A DNA stretch of 64,000 nucleotides from Candidatus Shapirobacteria bacterium (GCA_041658955.1 JBAZZE010000003.1:3842-67841), one strand, 5' to 3'; counted from the stretch's first letter, positions 17,645 to 27,600 are shown. Notes: generated by a model from the sequence alone, not told the origin. Made by a program: numbers and translations.

Positions 17645-18583
17645 ATGGAGTTGCGAAAACAACAAGCTTATATCCAACTAAAAAAAGAATTAGACGAATG
17701 CCGGGGATTGGGAACTAATTTGTTGATAATTACCTTACCAGGTACTGGTATGGGGAGAATGATAAAAGAATATGGAGTTGATGTAGGTGAAAGTAAAGCA
17801 GTAGTGATAACCGATGAGACTTCCGAATTGGGATCCTATAACCTGATAAATTTTGATTGGGCTGATACAAATACACTTAACAAGGTCGAAAAAATTTTCA
17901 AAAAGGCCAAAACTGATCAGAAAATTGCAATCACTATAAATTATCCAACCTTGTTAAACGATGATAATTTACTAAAATCGTTCTTTATAAACCATACTTA
18001 TAGAAAATACTATTTTGGTTTAAGAAGCGAGGAAGATAGCAGTCGTTTGTGTCGAGAAATAAATAGTGAACTATCTAAAGAGGAAATATCCAATATCTAT
18101 AATCTTTCTGGTGGTTTGGCCCAGCTAATAAAATACCTAGTGGTAAATGGAACTGAAAAAAAAGATGGCGCCGAAATAATATTGGCTCCGGTGGTAAGGG
18201 CAGTGGTGGGTGTATCAGAAGAAGTTTTACAAAAATTGGGGATTTGGAATAAGGAGGGGTGGAGGGGTGAACTATTAAAGGCTTACAACAAAACAGTTAA
18301 AGGTATTGATATTCAAATTAATTTTGATTTGAGCTTTGAAGAGGATGGAAAATTGAATAAGCAGAAATTAACAAAATCAGAAAAACAATTATTGGAAAAA
18401 TTCATGGTAAATAATGGAAAGTTGACCAAAGAAGAAGTATCGGATATTAAGTGGGGAGAAGGAAAATATGATGAATTTTCTGATCAAGCCATAAATAAGC
18501 AATTGAGAAGGTTGTCGGAAAAACTGTCAATTTATACAATCCAAACAATTCCAAAAGTAGGATTTATTATTAAGAAAAAATGA
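17645..18583 (+). CDS. Transcriptional regulator: degenerate ATPase-like N-terminus plus OmpR/PhoB-type winged helix
   Basis: ITLPGTGMG (degenerate P-loop), LSGGLAQL, C-terminal LTKSE..LL...TKEEV...WG....SDQAINKQLRRL.EKL...IQTIPKVGF. Confidence 0.75.
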   Translation: MELRKQQAYIQLKKELDECRGLGTNLLIITLPGTGMGRMIKEYGVDVGESKAVVITDETSELGSYNLINFDWADTNTLNKVEKIFKKAKTDQKIAITINYPTLLNDDNLLKSFFINHTYRKYYFGLRSEEDSSRLCREINSELSKEEISNIYNLSGGLAQLIKYLVVNGTEKKDGAEIILAPVVRAVVGVSEEVLQKLGIWNKEGWRGELLKAYNKTVKGIDIQINFDLSFEEDGKLNKQKLTKSEKQLLEKFMVNNGKLTKEEVSDIKWGEGKYDEFSDQAINKQLRRLSEKLSIYTIQTIPKVGFIIKKK

Positions 18584-19641
18584 GCGAAGTTCAGTACACA
18601 GAAAAAGGAATGCCGTTTTTAGTACCAGAAGTTAAACTGGAAGTGGGTGAGGCCTATTTTGTGGCAGTGGAAGGGATTGATGGTTATGAACCAAATTTTT
18701 GTATATTAGGACATCGTGATAAAGATGGTAGTCCGGTGTTTTTACCTTGTTTTGAGAAGGTGGTGGATGAGAATGGAAATCCAAATGAGCTGGCTCAATC
18801 AATGGGGATAAAAAGTTTTTCGGGAAAATGGTCGTTGCCAGAAGAATTGCGCTGGGAGATTTTTTCATCATTAGATGTGGTGCCACCGGTATTGGCGGTC
18901 GATAGAGTAATGAACGATCGGGGGTCTGATGATATTGGAAAATACCCACAATCTTTTGACAGAATGCCGACGCAAATGGTTGGGGTGGTAGCACCACCAC
19001 AAACCGGTAAGACAACAATTTTAACTTCAATGGCGATGGCCAGTGCGGGGGAAAGGCAAAAAGAAAGTAGTGTGAGGTTGGTGGATATGGATGATTTTTC
19101 ACCAGAGTCATTGACGGCTACAGTGGATTGGTTAATGGAACAAGGCTATGACAAGGGGACCAATTTAATAGAACTTCACGATGCGATTTTAGCGAGATTT
19201 ACTGAGTTACAAAAAACAGGAGCACCAAGACAAGTGAATCAAGAGAGAACATTAAAAAGTAGATTGAAATCGTTGAGGGAAAGGTATAGAAGTGAAGAAA
19301 TGACTCACTTAGAAAGAGATGGTGAATTACATAAGATGAGCTGGTTAGTAGATTTGCCGGGAACAAAAAGAGCTAGTGATCGACCAGCTGACGCATTTGA
19401 CTGGTTGAGATTAGCGATGCCATGTGTGGAAGTTTTTAAAGCAGGAGAAAATCTAAATACTTGGGAGCTACTGCTTAATTTTGCTTATATAAATAAACAA
19501 ATTGATCCAATAATGAGGGACTTTGAATATATGATTGCGGACATGGAAGTGTCTTTAGTAGGAATGACTAGAGCAGAGTTGGATCAGTTGGTTATGGGAA
19601 AAATGATAACCACTGAGCGAAAATTAGTTGACGCGGAATAA
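18580..19641 (+). CDS. Hypothetical P-loop NTPase/kinase-like protein
   Basis: GVVAPPQTGKTT Walker A, LVDMD, LVDLPG; ATGA overlap with regulator. Confidence 0.55.
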   Translation: MSEVQYTEKGMPFLVPEVKLEVGEAYFVAVEGIDGYEPNFCILGHRDKDGSPVFLPCFEKVVDENGNPNELAQSMGIKSFSGKWSLPEELRWEIFSSLDVVPPVLAVDRVMNDRGSDDIGKYPQSFDRMPTQMVGVVAPPQTGKTTILTSMAMASAGERQKESSVRLVDMDDFSPESLTATVDWLMEQGYDKGTNLIELHDAILARFTELQKTGAPRQVNQERTLKSRLKSLRERYRSEEMTHLERDGELHKMSWLVDLPGTKRASDRPADAFDWLRLAMPCVEVFKAGENLNTWELLLNFAYINKQIDPIMRDFEYMIADMEVSLVGMTRAELDQLVMGKMITTERKLVDAE

Positions 19642-19643
19642 GT

Positions 19644-20474
19644 CTACTTTTGGGTTTTTCGGATCAATGAGTAGATAAAACTACCGACAAAAATTCCAAA
19701 AATTATTAGGGAAAAAGGGAGGACATAAAAGTCGGCTGACTGATTGTTGATAGTGACGGTATAAACCCCAGGCCAAAATGGAGGATGGAGAACACAAGGA
19801 ACTGGATCGTTGTTGGAAAGACAAGCAATAGATCTATCTGAATGGGCCAGGACATTGTGAGGAAATAGTTCGGTTTCGGTGACAACTTGTCCACGGTGGG
19901 TGACAGTAATTTTACCGGTAGTTTTGGCAAAATAATCTGATTCATTACTGATAATTCCGTTAATGCTAACTCGGGGAAAGAAAATATCGGTGAAACGAGG
20001 TGTCAATTTGATACTAGTTGTTTTCAGGGTTGAGGGGGGATTTTCAGTATTAGAGGTGGAGATGAGCAAATGGGAGCCAAGACGACCGGTAGCTTGACCA
20101 CCAGTACTATCAGAATTAAGTTGACCACCCAAATCTTGATTGATAAAAAAAGTGAAATAATTATCACCTTGGGGAGTGGCGGAAGTTGATTTTATTTTAA
20201 GAACTAATTGGCGATTTTCAGAGGGGCGAAGGACAAATGATTGGTTAAGACGAAGATCAGAATTGGCCAGTGAAAATTCAAAATCAGGGGAAGTGGGGAC
20301 ACCCTCGTAACTGACGGCACCATCGGTACCTCGGGGTTGCCAGGGTAGAACTGAAGCAGAGACAACTAAAGGAGAACTACTATTGTTGATGACATTGTAG
20401 GCTTGAGTCAGAGTAATTCCAGGACGAGCGATTAGTTCGACTTGGGCTGGTTTGAGGGTGGTGTTGAATGGCAT
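19644..20474 (-). CDS. Second DUF916-like membrane-anchored protein
   Basis: P.QVEL.ARPG.T.T...V.N, F.L.P.E, PFWPG.YTV, FYVLPF plus TM helix; parallels 12889-13869. Confidence 0.6.
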   Translation of the reverse strand: MPFNTTLKPAQVELIARPGITLTQAYNVINNSSSPLVVSASVLPWQPRGTDGAVSYEGVPTSPDFEFSLANSDLRLNQSFVLRPSENRQLVLKIKSTSATPQGDNYFTFFINQDLGGQLNSDSTGGQATGRLGSHLLISTSNTENPPSTLKTTSIKLTPRFTDIFFPRVSINGIISNESDYFAKTTGKITVTHRGQVVTETELFPHNVLAHSDRSIACLSNNDPVPCVLHPPFWPGVYTVTINNQSADFYVLPFSLIIFGIFVGSFIYSLIRKTQK

Positions 20475-20476
20475 AT

Positions 20477-21211
20477 TTAGTAATTGGGTACAGCAGTAAA
20501 AATGATAGCGGATTGATAACTACCGGCAGCTTGAGTGGTGGAAATATTGGTTTTGTACGAAACCCGGGCGGAATGATTTTGAACAGGGACTGTTTCAGAC
20601 ATGGCCACTTTTCCGGTGGATGAGAAAGGTCGGTAAGCAGTAGAGCTACCAAAATAACCACTGGTACCAATATTGGTGGCAACTCCACTAGTATTAATAC
20701 CAATGACGTTATATCCAAAACCGTAAATTGACGCAGAAGTCCAAGTCTTGGCAGAGGTGGCAGTACAGTTTCCCAAGTCGCACCTAGTGTCAGGAATAGT
20801 GGTGCCAGAAGTTAGGGCAAGGGGGTGATTGTATTGGGTAAGGATTTGGTAGCCGTGACCAGAAGGTGTAGAGATGGTAATGATATTGGTAGCGGTAGAA
20901 GCGACGCCAGCAGTGAGAGTGCCTAGATTTATATCAAGGTTATCGATAACAAATGATAATTGATTAAAGGTTTCGTAAATATATTGAAAACCTGATTTGA
21001 CCTTATAACCGGCACTTTGGTAGGGTCCGGGAGCGTTTTGACCGACAGTGTCAGTCAATGAATAATTGGTTGAAACTTTTTTACCGGAGGTGATATTAAA
21101 ATTGCCCCAATCGATGATGTAGGAGGCAGAAGTAAAGTGCTGAGCTAGAGCTTTGGGGGAGACCAAAAACAAATAAACGATAACTAGAATGAGAAAACTA
21201 ATTTTCTTCAT
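20477..21211 (-). CDS. Small secreted WxL-like surface protein
   Basis: Signal peptide; TIPDTRCD.G.CT.T.A..W...GFGY and terminal QAAGSYQSAIIFTAVPNY align by eye with the C-terminal domain of 13871-15355. Confidence 0.65.
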   Translation of the reverse strand: MKKISFLILVIVYLFLVSPKALAQHFTSASYIIDWGNFNITSGKKVSTNYSLTDTVGQNAPGPYQSAGYKVKSGFQYIYETFNQLSFVIDNLDINLGTLTAGVASTATNIITISTPSGHGYQILTQYNHPLALTSGTTIPDTRCDLGNCTATSAKTWTSASIYGFGYNVIGINTSGVATNIGTSGYFGSSTAYRPFSSTGKVAMSETVPVQNHSARVSYKTNISTTQAAGSYQSAIIFTAVPNY

Positions 21212-21839
21212 CTTCGGAACTAATTTCGGTAGTTAATTTCTGGGACGAGTTGAGAAGAGAGTGAGCGCTATCTTTGATTTTTTTAATTTGAGTTTTTTGG
21301 GTATAGGTTAGGGGTGAACTTTGAAGCTGGGAAGCAAGGTCAATTATAGTAGTAATACCAGTTTTGAATTTTAGATTAATCCAGAGCAGGAAGTCGGTTT
21401 CATCACGGGCAATAGTATTTATAGACTTGGTAGCAGAGGCGGATTCCCGACTGACCAACCAAACTAGGGGAGTAATAAAAAGGAGAGAAGTGAGGGAAAG
21501 TAGAGAAGAAGGATTACTCAAGGTTTGACCAAGGAGTAGGACTAGGACTAATGAAAAAAGAAGCGAAAAAATAGGGGAAATAGTGAAGGAAGCTGAAAAA
21601 AGTAAAAAATAGATTAAAAAGTAAAATGGTGAGGTAAGCCCACCGGTAGTAAAGACAATAAGAGAAGCAACCAGAGAAATTAGAGGGACAGTAGAAAGAT
21701 TAAGGCGGTTAAATAGGATAAAAAGTATGACTGATAAGGCTATTAATTGGGGTGCGTAATGAGATAAGGAAGTTAGAGAAATAACAAAGGCAACTACCGG
21801 AGAGAGAAAGAGGAGAAATAAGGTAGGATTTCTTTGCAT
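21198..21839 (-). CDS. Multi-pass membrane protein with HisKA-like helical tail
   Basis: About five TM helices, TGGLTSPFYFLIYF motif, helical hairpin tail; start at 21839 has TAAACT 5 nt upstream. Confidence 0.65.
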   Translation of the reverse strand: MQRNPTLFLLFLSPVVAFVISLTSLSHYAPQLIALSVILFILFNRLNLSTVPLISLVASLIVFTTGGLTSPFYFLIYFLLFSASFTISPIFSLLFSLVLVLLLGQTLSNPSSLLSLTSLLFITPLVWLVSRESASATKSINTIARDETDFLLWINLKFKTGITTIIDLASQLQSSPLTYTQKTQIKKIKDSAHSLLNSSQKLTTEISSEDEEN

Positions 21840-21873
21840 ATACCAGTTTAGCATTTTAGAGTATATTGGTAAT

Positions 21874-22518
21874 GTGTACGAAAACTCACAAAAGTTTGGA
21901 GTTATGGACGGAATGTTGGCAGTTGGTTTGGCGTTGATTACAGTTGGTGTAGGACTGGGAATTAAGTCAAAAGTTGATAAAACTAAGGTGGAATTAATTA
22001 AGGGTAAAGAGGCAGAAACTGTTACACAAGGTTATAATAAAGTAACCTTTGATATATCAGGTGAGGTGCTAAAACCAGGGGTTTATCGGTTAAGTGGAGA
22101 TTCTAGGATTAGCGATGCGATGGTGGTTGCGGGAGGATTGTCAGCAAATGCGGATAGAGATTGGGTGGAGAAAAATATCAATCGAGCCAAAAGAATAAAT
22201 GATGGGGAGAAAATTTATATTCCTAAAAAATCTGCAAACTTTGATCTTCAAACTTCAAACCAAATATCAAACAACAAAACAAAAGAAATTATTAAAACAG
22301 AACAGGTATTGGGAAGCATGAGCGGTGGGGTGATAAATATAAATATTGCAGGTGTCGAGGAACTTGATAAATTAGAAGGAGTAGGGCCGTCAATCGCTGC
22401 TAAAATAATTGAATATCGCGTAAAAAATGGGGGTTTTCGAAATATTAATGAATTGAAATTAGTTTCAGGAATTGGGGATAAAATGTTCGAAAAATTTAAA
22501 GATAAAGTGGGAATATGA
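21874..22518 (+). CDS. comEA: Competence DNA-binding protein ComEA
   Basis: TM, SLBB domain (DISGEV.KPGVY.L..DSRI.DA...AGG, DGEKIYIP), HhH domain (ININ.A..EELDKLEGVGP..A.KII.YR...G.F....EL..VSGIG). Confidence 0.93.
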   Translation: MYENSQKFGVMDGMLAVGLALITVGVGLGIKSKVDKTKVELIKGKEAETVTQGYNKVTFDISGEVLKPGVYRLSGDSRISDAMVVAGGLSANADRDWVEKNINRAKRINDGEKIYIPKKSANFDLQTSNQISNNKTKEIIKTEQVLGSMSGGVININIAGVEELDKLEGVGPSIAAKIIEYRVKNGGFRNINELKLVSGIGDKMFEKFKDKVGI

Positions 22519-23510
22519 AATGGAGGCGAGTGGTTTTCGTAATGTTTTTTACTTGGTTTTTGATATTTGGCAGTAAATCAAAAATGTTGGGGGTAATAAA
22601 TGATTGCCTTCCATATAAAGAAGCGGGACTATTATCTGGAATAATCTTGGGAGATAAGACAGATTTTCCAAAAGATTTTGAAACTCAATTAATTAATAGC
22701 GGACTAATTCATCTAGTGGTGGTGTCGGGTAGTAATGTGATGTTGTTGATAGGAGGTGTGATAGAGAATTTGGCGTCATGGGTGGGGCGGAAGTGGGCCA
22801 TAATTTTTGGATTGGTGTTGGGGTGGAAGTATGCAATAATGGTCGGTTGGGAGGTGCCGATAGTGCGGGCGACGTTACTGCTGTCGATCATGTATTTTGC
22901 GCAACTTGTGGGGAGAAAATATAATTTGGTTAGGGGACTTCTGCTGTCAGTTTTAATAATGATAGTTGGTGAACCAAGGGTAATAGCCAGTGTCAGTTTT
23001 TGGCTATCGATAATGGCGTTTTTGGGAGTAATTACTGCCAAAAAATTTATGCTAACAAATCCAATTATTTTTCCGGTGGCGAGGTCTGCTTTGGTGACTT
23101 GTGCCAGAGGTGGATTTCGCTTCACTTTAGATAAAGTTATTAGAGAAATTCTTCAATCATTTAGGGAAACTGTTTGGATAATGATTTGGATTACACCGAT
23201 CTTAGCGCAAATATTTGGAAAAATAAGCTTAATATCGCCACTAACCAATGTCTTGGTTTTGGGATTGGTAGGGGTAGTGAGCGTGGTGGGAGCGATGGGG
23301 ATTATATTGGGGATGTGGTGGTTAACTTTGGGAAAAATGGTATTGTGGCTAACAATTCCGACTTTAAGTTATTTACGAAAGGTGGCAGAGTGGGGTGGGG
23401 GAAGTAGTGGATTAGAGATTGAATTTAATTGGTGGATTTTAGCGGGATATTATTTGATTTTAGGTTATTGGTTAATTAAAAAAAAGAAACATAATATCGA
23501 TTTCTTGTAA
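22515..23510 (+). CDS. comEC: ComEC/Rec2 membrane competence domain
   Basis: GIILGDK, SGLIHLVVVSGSNV, P.VRA, SFWLS, multiple TM helices. Confidence 0.9.
   Translation: MKWRRVVFVMFFTWFLIFGSKSKMLGVINDCLPYKEAGLLSGIILGDKTDFPKDFETQLINSGLIHLVVVSGSNVMLLIGGVIENLASWVGRKWAIIFGLVLGWKYAIMVGWEVPIVRATLLLSIMYFAQLVGRKYNLVRGLLLSVLIMIVGEPRVIASVSFWLSIMAFLGVITAKKFMLTNPIIFPVARSALVTCARGGFRFTLDKVIREILQSFRETVWIMIWITPILAQIFGKISLISPLTNVLVLGLVGVVSVVGAMGIILGMWWLTLGKMVLWLTIPTLSYLRKVAEWGGGSSGLEIEFNWWILAGYYLILGYWLIKKKKHNIDFL
23075..23126 (+). repeat. G-T-rich imperfect palindrome inside comEC
   Basis: GCGAGGTCTGCT-TTGGT / GCCAGA-GGTGGATTTCGC arms; encodes VARSALVTCARGGFRFT in a loop. Confidence 0.55.
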
Positions 23511-23588
23511 CCATTTTTTATTGTCGAGAATGAATGTGCGACGCACGTTCAAACAGACAATAAAAAAGATTACTGCGAACTCGCTATT
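23493..23588. repeat. Structured palindromic element family 1, copy A
   Basis: GTAACCATTTTTTATTGTCGAGAATGAATGTGCGACGCACGTTCAAACAGACAATAAAAAAGATTACTGCG; supplies the comEC TAA stop. Confidence 0.9.
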
Positions 23589-23601
23589 TGTAACAAATAT
23601 T

Positions 23602-23808
23602 TTCAAACTCAAACACATTTCCTCCGTGGACCGATAATCGGGCTAGCAAGGTTAACTGAAACCACCACATCATTTTTAAGTCGAACCGATAGTCTGCCGA
23701 CTTGAATGATCCCATGCGCACGTCCGGCAGCTATCTGCATTCTCGTCGGCTACCAACCGAAAACAAGCCGACTGCGAAAACTTCTTTTAAAAACGATATG
23801 GTGTTTTC
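23602..23808. repeat. Structured element family 2, copy E
   Basis: TTCAAACTCAAAcACATTTCCTCCGTGGACCGATAATCGG and ATCTGCATTCTCG...CTGCGAAA shared with 47205-47358. Confidence 0.85.
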
Positions 23809-23820
23809 AAATAAATACAA

Positions 23821-24606
23821 ATGAAATATAAGTGGTGGCTGATAACTAGCTTAGTAGTTTTATTGTTAATGGTGTGGCAATTCAACCGTGATACTGGGGT
23901 GAAGGTGGTGTTTTGTGATGTAGGACAAGGCGATGGGGCGTTGATAATAAGCGGTAGTTTTCAGATGTTGATTGATGTTGGTGGTGGTAATCAGAAAATG
24001 CTCCAGTGTTTATCGAGGCACTTGCCGTTTTGGGATAAAACTATAGAAACAGTGGTAATTAGCCACTGGGATGCGGATCATAGTGGCGGACTACCAGGTA
24101 TTTATCGTTATTATAAGATTGAAAAACTATATAGTAATCAACTGTCGTCGGGGGACGGTGAACAAAAATTTTACCCAACTAAAGTATCAGAAAATGATGT
24201 CATTAGATTTGATGGGATAGATTTTGAAATACTTAATAAAGTAGTTGAAGGTGGCGACCCAAATGAAAATTCACTAATCGGAGTACTTAGTTATAAGGAT
24301 AAAAAAATATTAATGATGGGAGACGCTACTAGCGAAGCTGAACAAAGATTGGTGTGGCAAGGAATCCTTCGACAAGCTCAGGATGGAAAAGGAATAGATA
24401 TTTTAAAAATAAGTCATCACGGATCGGATAGGGCGACTTCGCCAGAATTACTTGATGAGGTCAACCCAGAAATGGCGATAATTTCAGTGGGTAAAGATAA
24501 TAAATTTGGTCACCCAGCAAAAACGGTAATAAAAAGACTGGAAGAGAGGGGTATAAAAATCAATAGAACCGATAATATGGGAGATGTAACGGTTACATAT
24601 GAATGA
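23821..24606 (+). CDS. ComEC-associated metallo-beta-lactamase-fold nuclease domain protein
   Basis: FCDVGQGD, LIDVG, ISHWDADHSGG, NENS, MGDA, LKISHHGS, ISVG.DNKFGHP, RTD..G. Confidence 0.9.
   Translation: MKYKWWLITSLVVLLLMVWQFNRDTGVKVVFCDVGQGDGALIISGSFQMLIDVGGGNQKMLQCLSRHLPFWDKTIETVVISHWDADHSGGLPGIYRYYKIEKLYSNQLSSGDGEQKFYPTKVSENDVIRFDGIDFEILNKVVEGGDPNENSLIGVLSYKDKKILMMGDATSEAEQRLVWQGILRQAQDGKGIDILKISHHGSDRATSPELLDEVNPEMAIISVGKDNKFGHPAKTVIKRLEERGIKINRTDNMGDVTVTYE
24364..24384. repeat. Short palindrome inserted in frame in the MBL gene
   Basis: ATCCTTCGACAAGCTCAGGAT (21 nt) encoding ILRQAQD just before the DILK strand. Confidence 0.65.
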
Positions 24607-24674
24607 AATTGGTTGTATATATAGAGAAAAAAGTGTAAATTTAATATAGAAAAGTTGTAATTAATAAATCAAAA

Positions 24675-27600
24675 GTGCTGCTTCTTAAAAGACCAGTTTT
24701 AATGGGGGTTGTATTAGGGGTCTTTTTAGGGAGCCTTGTAGGTTGGGGGTGGTGGAGAGTATCGACTAAGGTTGAAGCAACAGATCGGACAATCACCAGT
24801 CGAGCTGATTTTGATCAAGGTTTGTTTGATAATACTGAAAGTAAAAGTAAGGAAGGAGAACTGAGACTAAAAGCCGGTGGTACTTGGGGAGCAAGGGTAT
24901 GGCAGATGCCAAAGGTAGGGATGACCAACCAAACAGGAATTGTCTCCGATGGAACCCACTTGTATATGTTGGCTGGTCAGGATAGGTATTTTGCTAAATA
25001 CATTCCAAATGAAGATCGATGGCAACAATTGGCCAATGCGCCACATGCTGCCTCGGTGGGGACTGATTTGGTGGTTGAGGGTGATTATATTTATGCAATT
25101 TTTGGGTCTTACACTAAGAACTTCAGTCGATACACGATCTCGACTGATACTTGGGTGAATATGGATGATGCCCCAGATTTGCTATACGATGGAGCTAGTT
25201 TGGGAACGGATGGAACCTATATTTATCTACTACGAGGGTCGTATACATCAGATTATTGGCGGTATAATCCATCAAATAATACATGGCTTAGTCTAGCGGC
25301 TCCACCAGCGACGATTGGAAGGGGGGCTAGCCTTTCATATAAGAATGGTTATTTTTATACGCCTAGAGGTGATTCAAACTTATTTTACAAATATGAAGTT
25401 GCCACAAATTTGTGGACTACTTTGCCAAATATACCGGCACCAAGTATCTCATATGCAGCTCACAACTCGGATATATTTGGAAATGCTTTGTATTACAACT
25501 TGGACTATGGGACGACAGCTTTTTACAAATTTGATTTGGGAACTACGTCTTGGTCAACACTACCGGGCTTGCCATGGCCATCTTATTACGTGGGTTTGGT
25601 GGGGGTGGGTGACACGGCTACTGGTCATGTATATGTTTTTCGAGGAAATGGTTCAGTCGATTTTTGGAAATATAATCCACGGACAAATAGTTTTGAGGGT
25701 TCGGTGGACACACCGAATGCTCCTAGTACAGGAGCAGACTTGCTTTATGATGGAAATTATCTGTATTTAAACCGAGGGGCAAATTCGACGAATATGTATC
25801 GGTACCAAATTGGAGGAACCTGGAAAACAATGGCAGATGCGCCGGCTGCTATGGGTGATGACACTAAAGGAATACAGGCTGGAGGATCGTTTTATTATAT
25901 TCGAGGGTCGGGGACGACTGCATTTTTTAAATTTGATCCGGCGATTGGGGCTAACGGGACTTGGACATCGATGTTGGGTACACCGGCCACAGCCAACTAC
26001 GGGGCGTCAGTAGTTTATCCAGGTAGTGGTAATTATATGTACGCAACCAGAGGTGCTTTGACACGAACTTTTTGGAGATACACAATTGGGGCAGGGGAAA
26101 CGTGGAGTGACGCGGCGGCGGCTGACTTACCAGATAATGCTGAAGCTGGGTATGGAGCTAGACTGGCGAGTGATGGAACAGATATCTATTACATGCCAGG
26201 AAGTGGAATGAGCAAACTTTATAAATACACTATCGGAACAACAACTTGGTCAGAAATTTCTGACATTCCCTTTTCGCCTTACTATGGGTCAGATATAAGC
26301 TACTATAACGGCAAATTGTACTTTTTGGCGGGTTACTATAAACCAGACTTTTGGGAATATACCATCGCCACCTCATCATGGAGAAGATTGGCGCCAACTC
26401 AAGATTATGGAGCCACAGAGATTGGTCCTTGGGCTGGTGCATCAATTGAATCATTGGGTAATGGTACTTTTTATGTAATTTTAGGAAATGGGGTGACAAG
26501 ACTTTTGACCTATACCGTAGATGCAAACAATTACCCAGTAAGTGGTGGGTGGACTAGTAAAGCCTTAGATTTATCATATGTAGCTTCGTGGAGTGGTCTG
26601 TCAATACAATCTTCACTGCCAGGAGACTCGTCAATTAGCTGGACAAGTCGAAGTAGTAGCGATCAAATAACTTGGAGTGACTGGATTGCTGGAGTGGGGA
26701 GTAGCATTGGGAGTCCGGTGGGAAGGTATCTTCAAGTTGGAGTAACCTTGGTATCGACGAGTGATCGGACAAATACGCCAAAGTTACTAGATATTCAAGT
26801 AAGTTATATTGGTGATACTGGAGTACCGACTAATCCATCAACGGTGGTGGGGGTGTCACAACAAGTATCGGGAGTGGGTCTGACATCGGCAGAAAGTTAT
26901 GGTTACCAAGCACCATATTTTAGTTGGAGCGGTGCGACTGACACTCAGACTTCAATTGCCGGATACTATGTTTATTTTGGAACTGGATCAAGTGCTTCAC
27001 CGGTGACCGAGGGAAATTATCAAACTGCGAGCAACTATCTAGTGACTACACCAATGGATCAGACGACTTACTATTTGAGATTGGTGACAGTTGATTCTGC
27101 TGGTAATAATTCAGCGGCAACTACAGCTTTTGTTTACACCTACAATGGAATTGCACCACCGATTACGATAACAAAGACAACTACAGCAGACTTTGGAGTG
27201 GGAACTACCAGCGCCGTGGATGTAAGTGGTGACAAGATAAAACTACAAGGTAAAGCAGGTTTTTGGGAGCAAGAGAGAATAAGCAGCCTGCCTGCAGGGA
27301 TATATTTAGGTGGTGACATGGCTTACAAAAGTAGCACTAATAAAATCTATTTATTTAGAGGCTACAATTCGAATACTTTTTATATTTATGACTTGACTAC
27401 CAATACAGTATCGGTGGGTCCGACAGCGCCAGGGGCAGTGTATTATGGTGGAGGTATGGTGGAAGGACCGGGTAATTACTTATATGCTATGAAAGGCTTA
27501 GTAACCAATTCTTTCTGGAGATTTGATGTGGGGACAACTACCTGGTCAGATGTAGCAGCGGCTGATTTACCACAGACTATATCGTATGGAGGATCGCTGG

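Noticed and set aside
23493-23820. comEC pseudogene broken by the repeats
   Set aside because: Both halves are intact with their own starts, the MBL gene has its own TM helix, and separate membrane and MBL genes are plausible for this lineage
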